A stretch of 64,000 nt of DNA from an uncultured Gemmatimonadales bacterium (GCA_963798915.1 CAWCVB010000005.1:249291-313290); one strand, 5' to 3'. Positions 49,885 through 59,289 are shown, numbered from the stretch's first letter. Notes: a model not told the origin generated them from the letters alone. Made by a program: numbers and translations.

Positions 49885-50391
49885 TCAGCCGCCCTTGCGT
49901 CTCACCTGCCAATGACCTGTGCTGGGTGCCGGCTGCCGTTCACCGTAGGTCGTAAAGGTGCCTTCGATCCGACCGCCGCTCAGGCGTCCCGTGAATACCG
50001 TTTCGAGCATGCAGTCGCAATCAGGCGCCTGGTAGGGCAGAAGTTCGCCCCGGACCTCATCACCCTGCAGTCGGACAAAACGGATCGTCAATACCGACGG
50101 CATGGGCGCCGCTTGCTGCGGCTGAATCTTGTCCTGCCCGGCAGGCCGCAAGGGCCGGTCGGAGTTGGACGGAATCATGAGCACATCACCAGTCGCCGTG
50201 TCGTGCCCCGCCTCGAGTGTAAAGACGATGCTGCCACTGCGGCCCGTCTGTGCGCTGCTGTAACTGCCTTCCCACCGTCCGGCGAGGGCGCCGAGGTCGG
50301 ACCCGGCTGCCTCCACCGGAACGGGGGATGGATTTGCCGCACAACCGAGCAACACGCTGGCCAGGAGTGCAAACGAAAGGTGACGCGACAT
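49885..50391 (-). CDS. Hypothetical lipoprotein
   Basis: LLGC lipobox; LAGRWEGSY; PDCDC; GGAG RBS. Confidence 0.7.
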   Translation of the reverse strand: MSRHLSFALLASVLLGCAANPSPVPVEAAGSDLGALAGRWEGSYSSAQTGRSGSIVFTLEAGHDTATGDVLMIPSNSDRPLRPAGQDKIQPQQAAPMPSVLTIRFVRLQGDEVRGELLPYQAPDCDCMLETVFTGRLSGGRIEGTFTTYGERQPAPSTGHWQVRRKGG

Positions 50392-50438
50392 GGCGGCTCC
50401 CTCCACGAGGTCAGCGACAGCCACTCGGCTGCGCCTGC

Positions 50439-50879
50439 TTACTTGATGGCAATCCGGCTGCGCGGCGATGGTTGCGCCTTGACGAGCCGGATTGTCAGCA
50501 TGCCGTCGCTGTAGCGGGCGTCTACCGTCTCCGGAGCGACGGGCTCCGGCAGCTGAACGCTCCGCACGAACCGGCCTTCTTCCCGCTCGCGCCAGAAGAA
50601 TTCCTCGTTTTCCTCCTGGCGGGCCAGCTCGCGGCGTCCCACCACCGTCAGCATCTGGCCATCCAGAGCCACATCAAGGTCATCCTTGGCCACGCCCGGC
50701 GCCTCGATGCGAACCACGAACTCCTTCTCGGTTTCGGAGAAGTCGAGCTTCGGTGACCACATCAGGCCGCCGTCCCGCGTGGGTGCCGGAAACGGGGTCA
50801 TGCGGAAGAAGCGGTCGAAGAGGCGCTCGAAATCATCCTTGAGCGCGACGGCAGTCTGGTTGGCCTGGGCGAGTTTCAT
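50439..50879 (-). CDS. Hsp20/alpha-crystallin small heat shock protein
   Basis: PKLDFSETEKEF, APGVAKDD, EREEGRFVRSVQLP, ARYSDGMLTI; GGAGG RBS. Confidence 0.93.
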   Translation of the reverse strand: MKLAQANQTAVALKDDFERLFDRFFRMTPFPAPTRDGGLMWSPKLDFSETEKEFVVRIEAPGVAKDDLDVALDGQMLTVVGRRELARQEENEEFFWREREEGRFVRSVQLPEPVAPETVDARYSDGMLTIRLVKAQPSPRSRIAIK

Positions 50880-51090
50880 GGCGGTCCTCCTTGCACTGAC
50901 GTGCATGAGAAAGGTGCACTCCAATGGTACCTGGGTGGCCATGAAGAGCGGCTGAAGACTTCGCGAAATTTTTCCAGGCCATCGTCGGAAAGCAGGAAGG
51001 TGACGATCCTCACAGTCAGCGGTGGGACGGTAGCCTACCCTGACAGGGCAAGGGCCAAACGGTTGGCCCGAAGGAGGAGGTCGAACAACA

Positions 51091-51564
51091 ATGAAGAGGC
51101 ATTCACATGAAGTGCGCTCGCTGCTCGCGGGGCTGAGCCTTGGTGCGATCGCGATGTATATCCTGGATCCATTGCGGGGCCCGGCCAGGCGTGCACGCGT
51201 GCGGGAGCGTGCCGGCAGCACGCTGCGGAGTGGGCGGCGCGAGTTTCGGCGGCGCGCCGAGGACCTGCGCAACCGCGCGAAGGGCGCGCTGGCGGAAGTG
51301 CGTGGGCGCCTGTCGGAGCATGGCGTGACCGACGAGCAGCTGGTCGCCCGGGTCCGCGCCGAACTCGGTCACCACGTGAGCCATGGCGGACAACTCGAGG
51401 TGAGTGCCCACGATGGAATCGTCACGTTGGGTGGACACGTGTCGGGCCGAGAGGTGCCCGATGTGCTGGCCATGGCGCGAAGGGTTCGCGGAGTCGAACA
51501 GGTTCGGGACGACCTGCAAGTTGCGGACTGGGACGTGGGTGGAAACGTGAAGATCGGCGGTTAG
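51091..51564 (+). CDS. BON domain protein
   Basis: N-terminal TM then MYILDP..G..RRA; TDEQLVARVRAELG, DGIVTLGG, VRGVEQV. Confidence 0.85.
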   Translation: MKRHSHEVRSLLAGLSLGAIAMYILDPLRGPARRARVRERAGSTLRSGRREFRRRAEDLRNRAKGALAEVRGRLSEHGVTDEQLVARVRAELGHHVSHGGQLEVSAHDGIVTLGGHVSGREVPDVLAMARRVRGVEQVRDDLQVADWDVGGNVKIGG

Positions 51565-51688
51565 GAAGGCGTCTCGCGGAAGGATCTGGCGCGGGTTAAT
51601 GTCGCCGCGCAGGGCGACCGGCTCATGAAAGACGATGCCGCCTACTTGGCCGAGAGGCGGCACGTGCCGAACGACATTCCTCAGCGCG

Positions 51689-52132
51689 TCAGGCGTGCCG
51701 GGCGGAGACCTCGGGCACAGGCGGGCCGTATGTTGCGCCCACCACGGCGCCGTAAACCAGGTGGCCAATCATGCTTCCCATGACGAGCATCCACTGGTTG
51801 GGGGCGTTCGCCGTGAAGAGCCCCATGCCCATCATGGGCATGACCGCGATCTGCGCCAGCAGGAATGGAAAGAGCCCATAGAGGGCGCCACGCATCCACG
51901 GTGCGCCGGGCAGCCGGGAGGCAAAGAGCGCTGCATAAATGATGGCGAACATGGTACCGATCATGAAATGCGCGAGCCACCCGACGGCGGTTGGCACGTT
52001 CATGAATCCGCTCAGCATGGCAGGGATATCCATCTTGATCCCCATAAGACCTGCCATCGTGGTCATCAGGGTCATCGCCGCAGTTCCGATGACACCCGCA
52101 ACAATGGCGCGGGAAAGATTAAACGACTTCAT
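51689..52132 (-). CDS. Met-rich 4-TM membrane protein of unknown function
   Basis: AGVIGTAAMT, GWLAHFMIG, MPMMGMGLF, GHLVYG; AGGAG RBS. Confidence 0.85.
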   Translation of the reverse strand: MKSFNLSRAIVAGVIGTAAMTLMTTMAGLMGIKMDIPAMLSGFMNVPTAVGWLAHFMIGTMFAIIYAALFASRLPGAPWMRGALYGLFPFLLAQIAVMPMMGMGLFTANAPNQWMLVMGSMIGHLVYGAVVGATYGPPVPEVSARHA

Positions 52133-52275
52133 GAATGTGCTCCTGGCAGGTGGTGTGTGGTGCCTGAAAAGCTGGCGGCGCCGGACGTGTCCGCATCGCG
52201 CCAGTGGGCGACGTGGGGTGAACCGGGCAATGCGGCCACGTTTACTCGCCCAGGGGTAGATGGCGCTCGCCTCCT

Positions 52276-52302
52276 AACCGGATGGCGGATGGATCAGTTC
52301 CC
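52276..52302 (-). promoter_or_regulatory. ECF-type promoter, copy 1
   Basis: - strand GGGAACT-gatccatccgcc-ATCCGGTT. Confidence 0.8.
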
Positions 52303-52397
52303 GTGACGGTAGCATCGCTCGTGCTCATTCTTGAGTTCGAGAAGGTCTGTCGTACCGTACTATTCGCTCGCAAGCGCATCGCGGTTCGGCGGGGTGA

Positions 52398-52649
52398 TCA
52401 TGCGCCCTCCCCGGCGGCGCCTTCCTGGGCCAGCAGCCGGGCGAACAACTGATGCCGCAGGGCAGGCGAGGCCTGCTCCCGCTCGCGCAGACGTCGCGTG
52501 TACTCGAAGTAGCGCGCTGGATTGTACCTGGGATAACACCGGCTGCAGATGGCAAGGTGCGTCTGCACCGACTTTGAGGTGGCAGCCGTCCAGTGAACAC
52601 GGGCTCGCCAGGCCTCGTCACACGTCACTCCACCAATGCGCATCATCAT
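52398..52649 (-). CDS. Zinc-binding anti-sigma factor (zf-HC2/ZAS), apparently with small deletions
   Basis: TCDEA...HLAICSRC (HxxxCxxC); ATGA-coupled to the sigma gene; no TM; expected LDG segment appears out of frame. Confidence 0.8.
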   Translation of the reverse strand: MMMRIGGVTCDEAWRARVHWTAATSKSVQTHLAICSRCYPRYNPARYFEYTRRLREREQASPALRHQLFARLLAQEGAAGEGA

Positions 52650-53350
52650 GGCTGTGTATCCTCGTGCACGTAACCGGATCGGACCGCAAAGTCCCGCAGC
52701 TGATCCTGCAACAGTCGCCGGGCCCGGAAGAGGCGGCTCTTGACCGTACCAATCGGAATGGTGAGTACTTCGGCAATCTCCTCGTAGCTCAGATCGCCCA
52801 CGTCGCTCAGTACGAGCACCTCGCGAAAATCGTCGGAAAGACCGTCGATTGCCTGGACTACCTCGTCGTCGATGAGATCGTCGAAGTCGTCCGGAGACGC
52901 GCCGGGCGCCGCGTTCGGAAGCGCGCTCGCGGCGGAGAGGTCTTCGACACGAGCGTCGAGATCCGATGCCGGCCGTTCCCGCTGGTTGCGAATCCGCTCC
53001 CGCTCGTGCAGATACGTGTTGCGGCAGATCGTGAAGAGCCACGACTTGCAATTGCTTCCCCGCTGAAACGTGTGCCAGAAGCGATGCGCCCGGAGAAAGG
53101 TGTCCTGGGTCAGGTCATCGGCCGCGTCCTGGTTCCCCTGGGCCAACCGGAGCGAGAAATGGTGGACGGCGTTGAGCCACGGAAGCGCCTCCTCGGCAAA
53201 GCCTTCCGCTGCAAGAGCTGGCTCGTCTCCTAGCGGCGCGATTGGCGTTTCGCGGGGACGTCCCGGCGCCACGTCCAGATGGCGCGGCCGCTTGGCCAGC
53301 ACCGCCCATGCTGTCTGGACGCGATCCCACAGTGCGTCTCTGCCACCCAT
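52646..53350 (-). CDS. ECF sigma-70 factor (SigR/SigH-like)
   Basis: ADDLTQDTFLRA, FQRGSNCKSWLFTICRN, LSYEEIAEVLTIPIGTVKSRLFRAR; start uncertain. Confidence 0.93.
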   Translation of the reverse strand: MGGRDALWDRVQTAWAVLAKRPRHLDVAPGRPRETPIAPLGDEPALAAEGFAEEALPWLNAVHHFSLRLAQGNQDAADDLTQDTFLRAHRFWHTFQRGSNCKSWLFTICRNTYLHERERIRNQRERPASDLDARVEDLSAASALPNAAPGASPDDFDDLIDDEVVQAIDGLSDDFREVLVLSDVGDLSYEEIAEVLTIPIGTVKSRLFRARRLLQDQLRDFAVRSGYVHEDTQP

Positions 53351-53410
53351 GTGCGCTGACCCTTTCGCATCGTGTCCCGCGTGGCCGCATGATTGAGGCA
53401 TTCCCGCCCG

Positions 53411-53437
53411 AACCGGATTCCGGTCTCGCAAGTTCCC
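53411..53437 (-). promoter_or_regulatory. ECF-type promoter, copy 2 (sigma autoregulation)
   Basis: - strand GGGAACT-tgcgagaccgga-ATCCGGTT. Confidence 0.8.
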
Positions 53438-53448
53438 AGACTCAACCA

Positions 53449-53475
53449 GGGAACTCGACCTCCGCACATCCGGTT
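53449..53475 (+). promoter_or_regulatory. ECF-type promoter, copy 3
   Basis: + strand GGGAACT-cgacctccgcac-ATCCGGTT. Confidence 0.8.
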
Positions 53476-53509
53476 GGCGTCATACACTTTTCCTCTTTGT
53501 GGAGATCGC

Positions 53510-54448
53510 ATGCGACGCCAGTGGATGGTACCCTCATTGCTCTGTGTCCTGCTTCCCTCTCTCCTGGCCGGGCAAGGGATGGCTCCGGCCGGTTCGATTC
53601 CCTATCAGGGCTATCTGAAGTCCCACAGCGACGTGTCCCGGCCGCTTGGCCTGCTGGGCGGACCAGTCGATGTGACCGTCAAGCAATCTTCCGGCGGCGT
53701 ATTCGTGGCACTGCCCGATCGCCGCGCGCTGGACGAGGCGGTGTTCGGGACGCCGGCCGCCCCCCGCGCATTCGCGGGTACGCCGGTCATGACCGGTCTG
53801 CCAGTGGCCATGCGGGACTCGGCCGACGCTCGCTTCACCACGGCGAAACCACTGACGCCGTTTGGTGACAAGAACATGGTGCTGGGCAACGGGACGCTTA
53901 CCCTCACCTTGCATGATGCAACGGCGACCGACGCGGCCAAGTCCGAAGACCGGGTCCAATTCGACGCCACCTGGAAGGACAAGGACGGCAACACCTATGA
54001 AGTGCGTTGTTGCCAGATGCTCGCGACTCACGGTCTGGAGTATCCCACGTTTGGTGGAGTGGCGACCAACACGCTGCTGCATGGGTCCACCCGAATCGGT
54101 ACACCGCTGATGCCAACGGAATTCACCTACGCGGCCTTCTGGGGGATGGGCGCGGTGCTGAAGAATGGCAAAGTGGTGGACCAGCCCCGGCTCATTCACG
54201 GGATGTTGACCGAGTACGTGCGCACCGAAGGATATGCGCTGGCTGCGGATAGCGCGGTCGGGCCTACCCGACTGCATTTCCACCTGATGGTGCCACCGAT
54301 GATGCCCGACATGGCGACGGGGAAATTCGCGATGAGCCCGGTGAAGACCGGTTTCTCGCTCCCCAACGGCATGGAGCTCCCGTTCTGGCACGTGATGTTC
54401 GAAAATCTTGCGGTGACGGGCCAGCGCGCCGGCACCAGCGGGCGGTGA
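53510..54448 (+). CDS. Secreted hypothetical protein, His/Met-rich C-terminal half
   Basis: GGAG RBS, signal peptide, strong coding pattern; no family recognised. Confidence 0.85.
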   Translation: MRRQWMVPSLLCVLLPSLLAGQGMAPAGSIPYQGYLKSHSDVSRPLGLLGGPVDVTVKQSSGGVFVALPDRRALDEAVFGTPAAPRAFAGTPVMTGLPVAMRDSADARFTTAKPLTPFGDKNMVLGNGTLTLTLHDATATDAAKSEDRVQFDATWKDKDGNTYEVRCCQMLATHGLEYPTFGGVATNTLLHGSTRIGTPLMPTEFTYAAFWGMGAVLKNGKVVDQPRLIHGMLTEYVRTEGYALAADSAVGPTRLHFHLMVPPMMPDMATGKFAMSPVKTGFSLPNGMELPFWHVMFENLAVTGQRAGTSGR

Positions 54449-54451
54449 CCG

Positions 54452-54835
54452 ATGCGGCTGCTTGCTCCGACTCTCGCGGGTCTGGTGCTTGCCGTCGGTG
54501 GCGTGCGGGATCAGTTGCGCTAGCGACGGGACGACGGTGGTATGGGCCGATACGGCAGGGTGGAACTGACCAACACCCTGACATACACGCCAGACACCGT
54601 GCGAATCGTTGCCGGTGGGACGGTGATGTGGAAGAACGGATCGCTGCTCGTTCACACGGTCACCGATGATTCGGGGAAGGCGACCGTGCCGGGTTCGGCC
54701 GGGTTGCCGTCCGGCGCCAGGCCTTCGATTCAGGGAACCTTGAGCCGGGAGGCACTCGACACATAAGATAGGGCGTTATTACTACTCTGATGCATGAAAG
54801 AGCAGGATGCGGGGCGTGTCATCGTGAGGCTGGAT
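54452..54835 (+). pseudogene. Cupredoxin/plastocyanin-like gene, multiply frameshifted
   Basis: Signal-like MRLLAPTLAGLVLA; YTPDTVRI..GGTVMWKN..VHTVT; FDSGNLEPG; remnants YYY..MHERAG-MRGV..IV across frames. Confidence 0.75.
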
Positions 54836-54981
54836 GACTCGTGTGAGTGGGCAGAAGAAAGGGTGAAGTCATGGAACATCAACGCAGAACGAATCTCGTT
54901 GGTGTTGGGTTGGTAATTGGGGTAGGTCAGTGACGGAGAATGGTCTGGGAGGAGAAAAGAGGGTCGGATGAGAGGGGCGCG

Positions 54982-57231
54982 CTACTTGAGGCCGATACGC
55001 TTGACCAGGTCGGCGAACCGCGGATCCCCTCGCAGCGGCAAGTAGCCGGGATCGAGGTGGAGATAGATGAGGCCCGCCGAACGTGCCTGATACGCCCGCT
55101 CCAGGGAGGCGAAGGCCCGGTCCAAATCGCCAATCGCTGCGTGGCCCATCGCAAGAATCTCCGAGCGCATGTACTGCTGGCGCGAGGCCTCCTCCAGCCG
55201 GGCCATGATTGCTTCGGCCTCGTCCCGCTGCCCCAGTGCCGCCAGCGCCCGGACAATCATCGCATCGTAGGCCCGCACCGACTTCTCCATCGCCTGAGCC
55301 CGGCGGAACCAGCTCAGCGACTCCTCCAGCTCGCCCTTTTGCAGGTAAGCCGCGCCAATGTAGTGCGGCGCCCGAAGCCAGACTTCATCCATCTCCAGCG
55401 CCCGATGACCCTGCGCGATGGCGGCGTCGTAGTCACCGGCGTACATCAGGAATCGGGATAGCCACTCGCAGTAGTGCACCGAGAGCGGATCCAGCTTGAG
55501 CGCCTTGGCCATGGTATCGATGGCATCATGCAGCCGGCCCACCAGCGGCAGGGCCGTCCCGTGCACATAATGCGCTTCGGCGTAGCTCGGACTCAACTCG
55601 ACCGCACGCGCCAGCTGGGCCTCCGCACCGGCGAAGTCCCACTCGTGCCAGCAGAGCACCTTGCCGATCGAGGTAATGGCCTCCGCCAGCTCGGGATCGC
55701 GCTGCAGCGCCCGCTCGGCGGCCGCCTTGGCGCGGGGATAGGCATCATCCGGCGCCACCCAGTCGTCGGCCAGGTTGCACCAGACGTCGGCAACGCCAGC
55801 GTAGGCGCGCGCCAAGCCGGGGTCACGGAGCAGGGCGTGCTCGAACAGGTCGAGGGCCTTCCGCAGTGCCGGCTCCGACAGCTTGGCAAAGAAGAAGCGG
55901 CCCTTCAGGTATTGGGTGTATGCTTCCAGGTCCTTGGTGGGCGGTACCACCTGGGCGGTGCCGTCGCTGAGCCGCAGTTTGAGTGCATCCACGATGGCAT
56001 GCGAGATTTCGTCCTGCACCGCAAAGACGTCTTCGAGCTGCCGGTCGTAGGTCTCGCCCCAGAGCTGATAGCCGTTCTCCACGCTCACAAGCTGTGCCGT
56101 GATGCGGATGCGGTTGCCGACCTTCCGCACGCTTCCCTCGAGCACCGAACCCACGCCCAGCTTCTCGCCGATCTGGCGGATGTCCACTTCCTTGCCCTTG
56201 AATGCGAACGAGCTGGTGCGTGAGGCGACCTGCGTGCCTGGCACCTTGGAGAGCGCGTTGATGATCTCCTCGGTCATACCGTCCGCGAAATATTCGTTCT
56301 CCGGGTCTGCGCTCATGTTGGCCATGGGCAGCACGGCAATGGCGCGCAGGTCTACGCGCGGTTGCGCGGCGGTCACGCCACGCTCGCCACTGTCTGAGTC
56401 TCGATTGATGCTGAGGAGCGCGGCGGCAAAATCGGCGGCGGAAGGGAAACGGTCTGCCGGCGTCCGGGCCAGCGCCCGGCTCACGGCGGCATCCACGCCC
56501 GCTGGCACGTCGCGCGTGGTCTGCACCCGGGGCACCGGCGAAACGAACCGCTTGGCGATGATCGCCTGGGGCGAGACCCCGGTGAAGGGCGGCTCGCCGG
56601 TGAGCATCTCGTAGAGCACGCAGCCAAGCGAGTAGAGGTCACTGCGCCCATCAGTGCTGATGTCGCCCGCCGCCTGCTCGGGACTCATGTAGGCCGGGGT
56701 GCCGAGGGAGAGCCCGGTCTGGGTGAGCGACGCGCTCTGCGCCGAAAGTGCCTTGCCAATCCCGAAGTCCGCCACCATGGCCGAGCCTTCGTGAAGCAGG
56801 ATGTTTTCCGGCTTGATGTCGCGATGCACGACGTGGTGGCGGTGGGCATAATCGAGCGCCGAGGCCACTTCCCGTGTGATGCGGAGGGCTTCACTCAGGG
56901 AAAGCTGGCGCTCCCGTTCGAGCCGTTCCCGAAGCGAGCGGCCTTCCATGCTCGGCATCACATAGTAGAGCAGCCCGCCGGCCTCGCCCGAGTCGAACAC
57001 CGGCAAGATGTGTGCGTGCGTGAGGCCGGCGGCGAGCTTGATTTCCCGCAGGAACCGGTCGGCGCCCATGGCGGCGGAGATGTCGGGCCGCAGGACCTTG
57101 AGCGCCACGTCCCGGTCGTGCCTCAGGTCGTGGGCCAGGTAGACGGTGGCCATGCCACCCTGGCCGAGCTCGCGAGCCAGGGTGTAGCGGTCGGCCAAGC
57201 CCTCTGCGAGCCGGTCACGGATGTCGTTCAT
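54982..57231 (-). CDS. Ser/Thr protein kinase with TolB-like and TPR domains
   Basis: LGQGGMATVY, VALK, HRDIKPEN, DFG, GTPAYMSPEQ; IAVLPMANMS..YFADGMTEEII; TPR helices. Confidence 0.95.
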   Translation of the reverse strand: MNDIRDRLAEGLADRYTLARELGQGGMATVYLAHDLRHDRDVALKVLRPDISAAMGADRFLREIKLAAGLTHAHILPVFDSGEAGGLLYYVMPSMEGRSLRERLERERQLSLSEALRITREVASALDYAHRHHVVHRDIKPENILLHEGSAMVADFGIGKALSAQSASLTQTGLSLGTPAYMSPEQAAGDISTDGRSDLYSLGCVLYEMLTGEPPFTGVSPQAIIAKRFVSPVPRVQTTRDVPAGVDAAVSRALARTPADRFPSAADFAAALLSINRDSDSGERGVTAAQPRVDLRAIAVLPMANMSADPENEYFADGMTEEIINALSKVPGTQVASRTSSFAFKGKEVDIRQIGEKLGVGSVLEGSVRKVGNRIRITAQLVSVENGYQLWGETYDRQLEDVFAVQDEISHAIVDALKLRLSDGTAQVVPPTKDLEAYTQYLKGRFFFAKLSEPALRKALDLFEHALLRDPGLARAYAGVADVWCNLADDWVAPDDAYPRAKAAAERALQRDPELAEAITSIGKVLCWHEWDFAGAEAQLARAVELSPSYAEAHYVHGTALPLVGRLHDAIDTMAKALKLDPLSVHYCEWLSRFLMYAGDYDAAIAQGHRALEMDEVWLRAPHYIGAAYLQKGELEESLSWFRRAQAMEKSVRAYDAMIVRALAALGQRDEAEAIMARLEEASRQQYMRSEILAMGHAAIGDLDRAFASLERAYQARSAGLIYLHLDPGYLPLRGDPRFADLVKRIGLK

Positions 57232-57333
57232 GGACAGGTAATATGCGCTACGGCGGCAAAAGCGCGAGCGGCAACCGCTGCGGCACCTGCCGAAGCGAGG
57301 CCGCCGACGGGTGCTGTGCCTCCCCCGGCGCGC

Positions 57334-57657
57334 TCATCGTGACGTCAGCAGGCGCTGCTGCGCCTTCAATTCCCGCTTCATGCGCCCGCACATGAGGTCG
57401 CAAAGCCGGAAGATGTCCTTGTCCGCCAGCGTGTAATACGCATGGAGGCCATCCTTCCGCCGAGTGACGAACCCGAGCCGAAGAAGGAGTTGCAGGTGCT
57501 TGGACACATTGGCCTGGGTCAGGCCGGTCTCCTGCACCAGGCTGGAGACACTTGCCTCGCCCGTCCGCAGGCACTGGAGCAGCTGCAGACGGGCTGGTTC
57601 GGCCAGTGCCTTGAATCGCTCAGCCACGCCGGCCATCAATTCGGGGGACAGCTTCAT
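57334..57657 (-). CDS. ArsR/SmtB family repressor
   Basis: FKALAEPARLQLL, TQANVSKHLQLL, RRKDG..YYTL, LCDLMC; AGGAGG RBS. Confidence 0.92.
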   Translation of the reverse strand: MKLSPELMAGVAERFKALAEPARLQLLQCLRTGEASVSSLVQETGLTQANVSKHLQLLLRLGFVTRRKDGLHAYYTLADKDIFRLCDLMCGRMKRELKAQQRLLTSR

Positions 57658-57847
57658 GAGTGTCGCTCGCCTCCTGGGGACTATGCCTCCGGTGCCCGAC
57701 CAGGCGCACGGATCGCCGCGCATGATTCGGGTGGCGGAGTCTGAACGGAGCTTCATCCAGTCCTCATTCCCGGTGCAGTTCCACACCATCATTATCACCT
57801 GAGCGGACTTCGGGCCACAGCTGTCGCCGATCGGACCCGCCGTGGCA

Positions 57848-57877
57848 TTGTAAAGATAACTATATGGTTGTATAGTT
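57848..57877 (+). promoter_or_regulatory. Sigma70 promoter overlapped by palindromic ArsR-type operator
   Basis: TTGTAA-17-TATAGT; AACTATA-tggttg-TATAGTT inverted repeat at 57858-57877. Confidence 0.75.
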
Positions 57878-57920
57878 GTGCAAGGACCCCGGATGGGCCG
57901 GGGTCGACTGGACCGGGTGA

Positions 57921-59288
57921 ATGACCGTGTTGGTGATGCGATTCGCGACTATCTCCTTGCTGGCCGTCGCCGCCTGGTCCCGGGCGCTGCCGGCCCAGGA
58001 ACTCTCCCTTGCGGAGGCACTCCGCCGGGCCGAGCACGGCGCCTACGCCAACCGGATCGCCGGTGCGCAGGCCCGCGCTGAGGCGGCGCGCGCCGCCGAG
58101 ACGCTGCGAGGCGTGCTCCCGAGTGTTCGGCTCGAGGGCGGCTACATCCGCACTACCGAACCCCTGTCGGCGTTCGGCTTCCTGCTGCGGCAGCGCGCGG
58201 TCACCGCGGACGCGTTCGAGCCAGCCCGGCTCAATGACCCGGCGGCCATCGGCAACCTGGGCTCCGCGCTGGTGGTCGAGCAGCCGATCTTCAATGCTGA
58301 TGCATTGCTCGGGCGCCGCGCGGCGGCTCGCGGGAGCGCGGCGGCGCGCGCGTCGGAAGAATGGACCCGCAGCGGGACACGCCTCGACGTCGTGCGCGCC
58401 TACTATGGCGCCGTGCTCGCCGCGGAACAGATCGGCACACTGGACAGCGCGGCGCGTGCGGCTGCGGCCCACGCCCGGGCCGCGGAGTCGCTGCACCGCA
58501 ATGGCCTCGTCACCAGATCGGACGCGCTGCTCGCGTCGGTGCGGGCGGGCGAGGTCGATCTTCAGCTCCTCGCCGCCCGGCGGGCGGCCGCGCTTTCGCA
58601 TGCTCGGCTCGCCGTGTTGCTCGGCGCTCCGGCCGATACCGGCTTTGTGCTCCCGGCCCAGCTCCCCGATACCGCGGCGATCGCCCGACTGGCCGAAGCG
58701 GGTGACTCCGGCGTCCTGACCGATCGCGCGGACGTGCGTGCAGCGGATCTGTCGGTTGCCGCCGCGGCCGCCGACCAGCAGCGCGCCACCGCACTCTTCC
58801 TGCCCCGGGTGAATTCATTCGGCCGGCTCGAATGGAACTCAAGTGGCTCGATCTTTGGCGGAACTGAAGCGTGGACCGCCGGTGTGATCCTGACCTGGTC
58901 GCCGTTCAGCGGCGGCGCCGAGCTGGGCGAGCGCCGGGCTGCCACGGCCCGCCGGGGAGCCGCGGAGGCGGCGGCGGAAGCGGCGCTGGCTCAGGGGCAG
59001 CTGGAGCGTCAGGAGGCAGCGAACGCGCTGGCGGTCGCGCAGGCGCGCATGGCCATCACCGGCCGTGCGGTGGGCCAGAGCAGTGAGGCTCATCGCATTG
59101 TTGCACGGAGGTATGAAGCCGGCCTGGTGAGCGTGGTGGAGCTCTTCGGAGCGGCTGCAGAAGAGACCGCTGTGCGCCTTGGCTTCGCCGAGGCGCGCTA
59201 TCAGGCAATCGTGGCCCTTGCCGAGGGCCGGCGCGCCTCCGGTCGCAGCCTTGAGGTACTGACCAGTCTCGACTCAATGGAGCGGTAG
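57921..59288 (+). CDS. TolC family outer membrane protein
   Basis: LSLAEAL, LPSV, VVRAYY, FLPRV, RYEAGLVSVVEL; alternative start 57936. Confidence 0.9.
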   Translation: MTVLVMRFATISLLAVAAWSRALPAQELSLAEALRRAEHGAYANRIAGAQARAEAARAAETLRGVLPSVRLEGGYIRTTEPLSAFGFLLRQRAVTADAFEPARLNDPAAIGNLGSALVVEQPIFNADALLGRRAAARGSAAARASEEWTRSGTRLDVVRAYYGAVLAAEQIGTLDSAARAAAAHARAAESLHRNGLVTRSDALLASVRAGEVDLQLLAARRAAALSHARLAVLLGAPADTGFVLPAQLPDTAAIARLAEAGDSGVLTDRADVRAADLSVAAAAADQQRATALFLPRVNSFGRLEWNSSGSIFGGTEAWTAGVILTWSPFSGGAELGERRAATARRGAAEAAAEAALAQGQLERQEAANALAVAQARMAITGRAVGQSSEAHRIVARRYEAGLVSVVELFGAAAEETAVRLGFAEARYQAIVALAEGRRASGRSLEVLTSLDSMER

Positions 59289-59289
59289 G

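Noticed and set aside
52672..52695. ECF-like motif inside the sigma gene end
   Set aside because: Mismatched -35 (GGGACTT) and wrong spacing
54786..54800. TGA near the cupredoxin Cys site as selenocysteine
   Set aside because: Not in a consistent frame, surrounded by indels, and no SECIS-like hairpin seen
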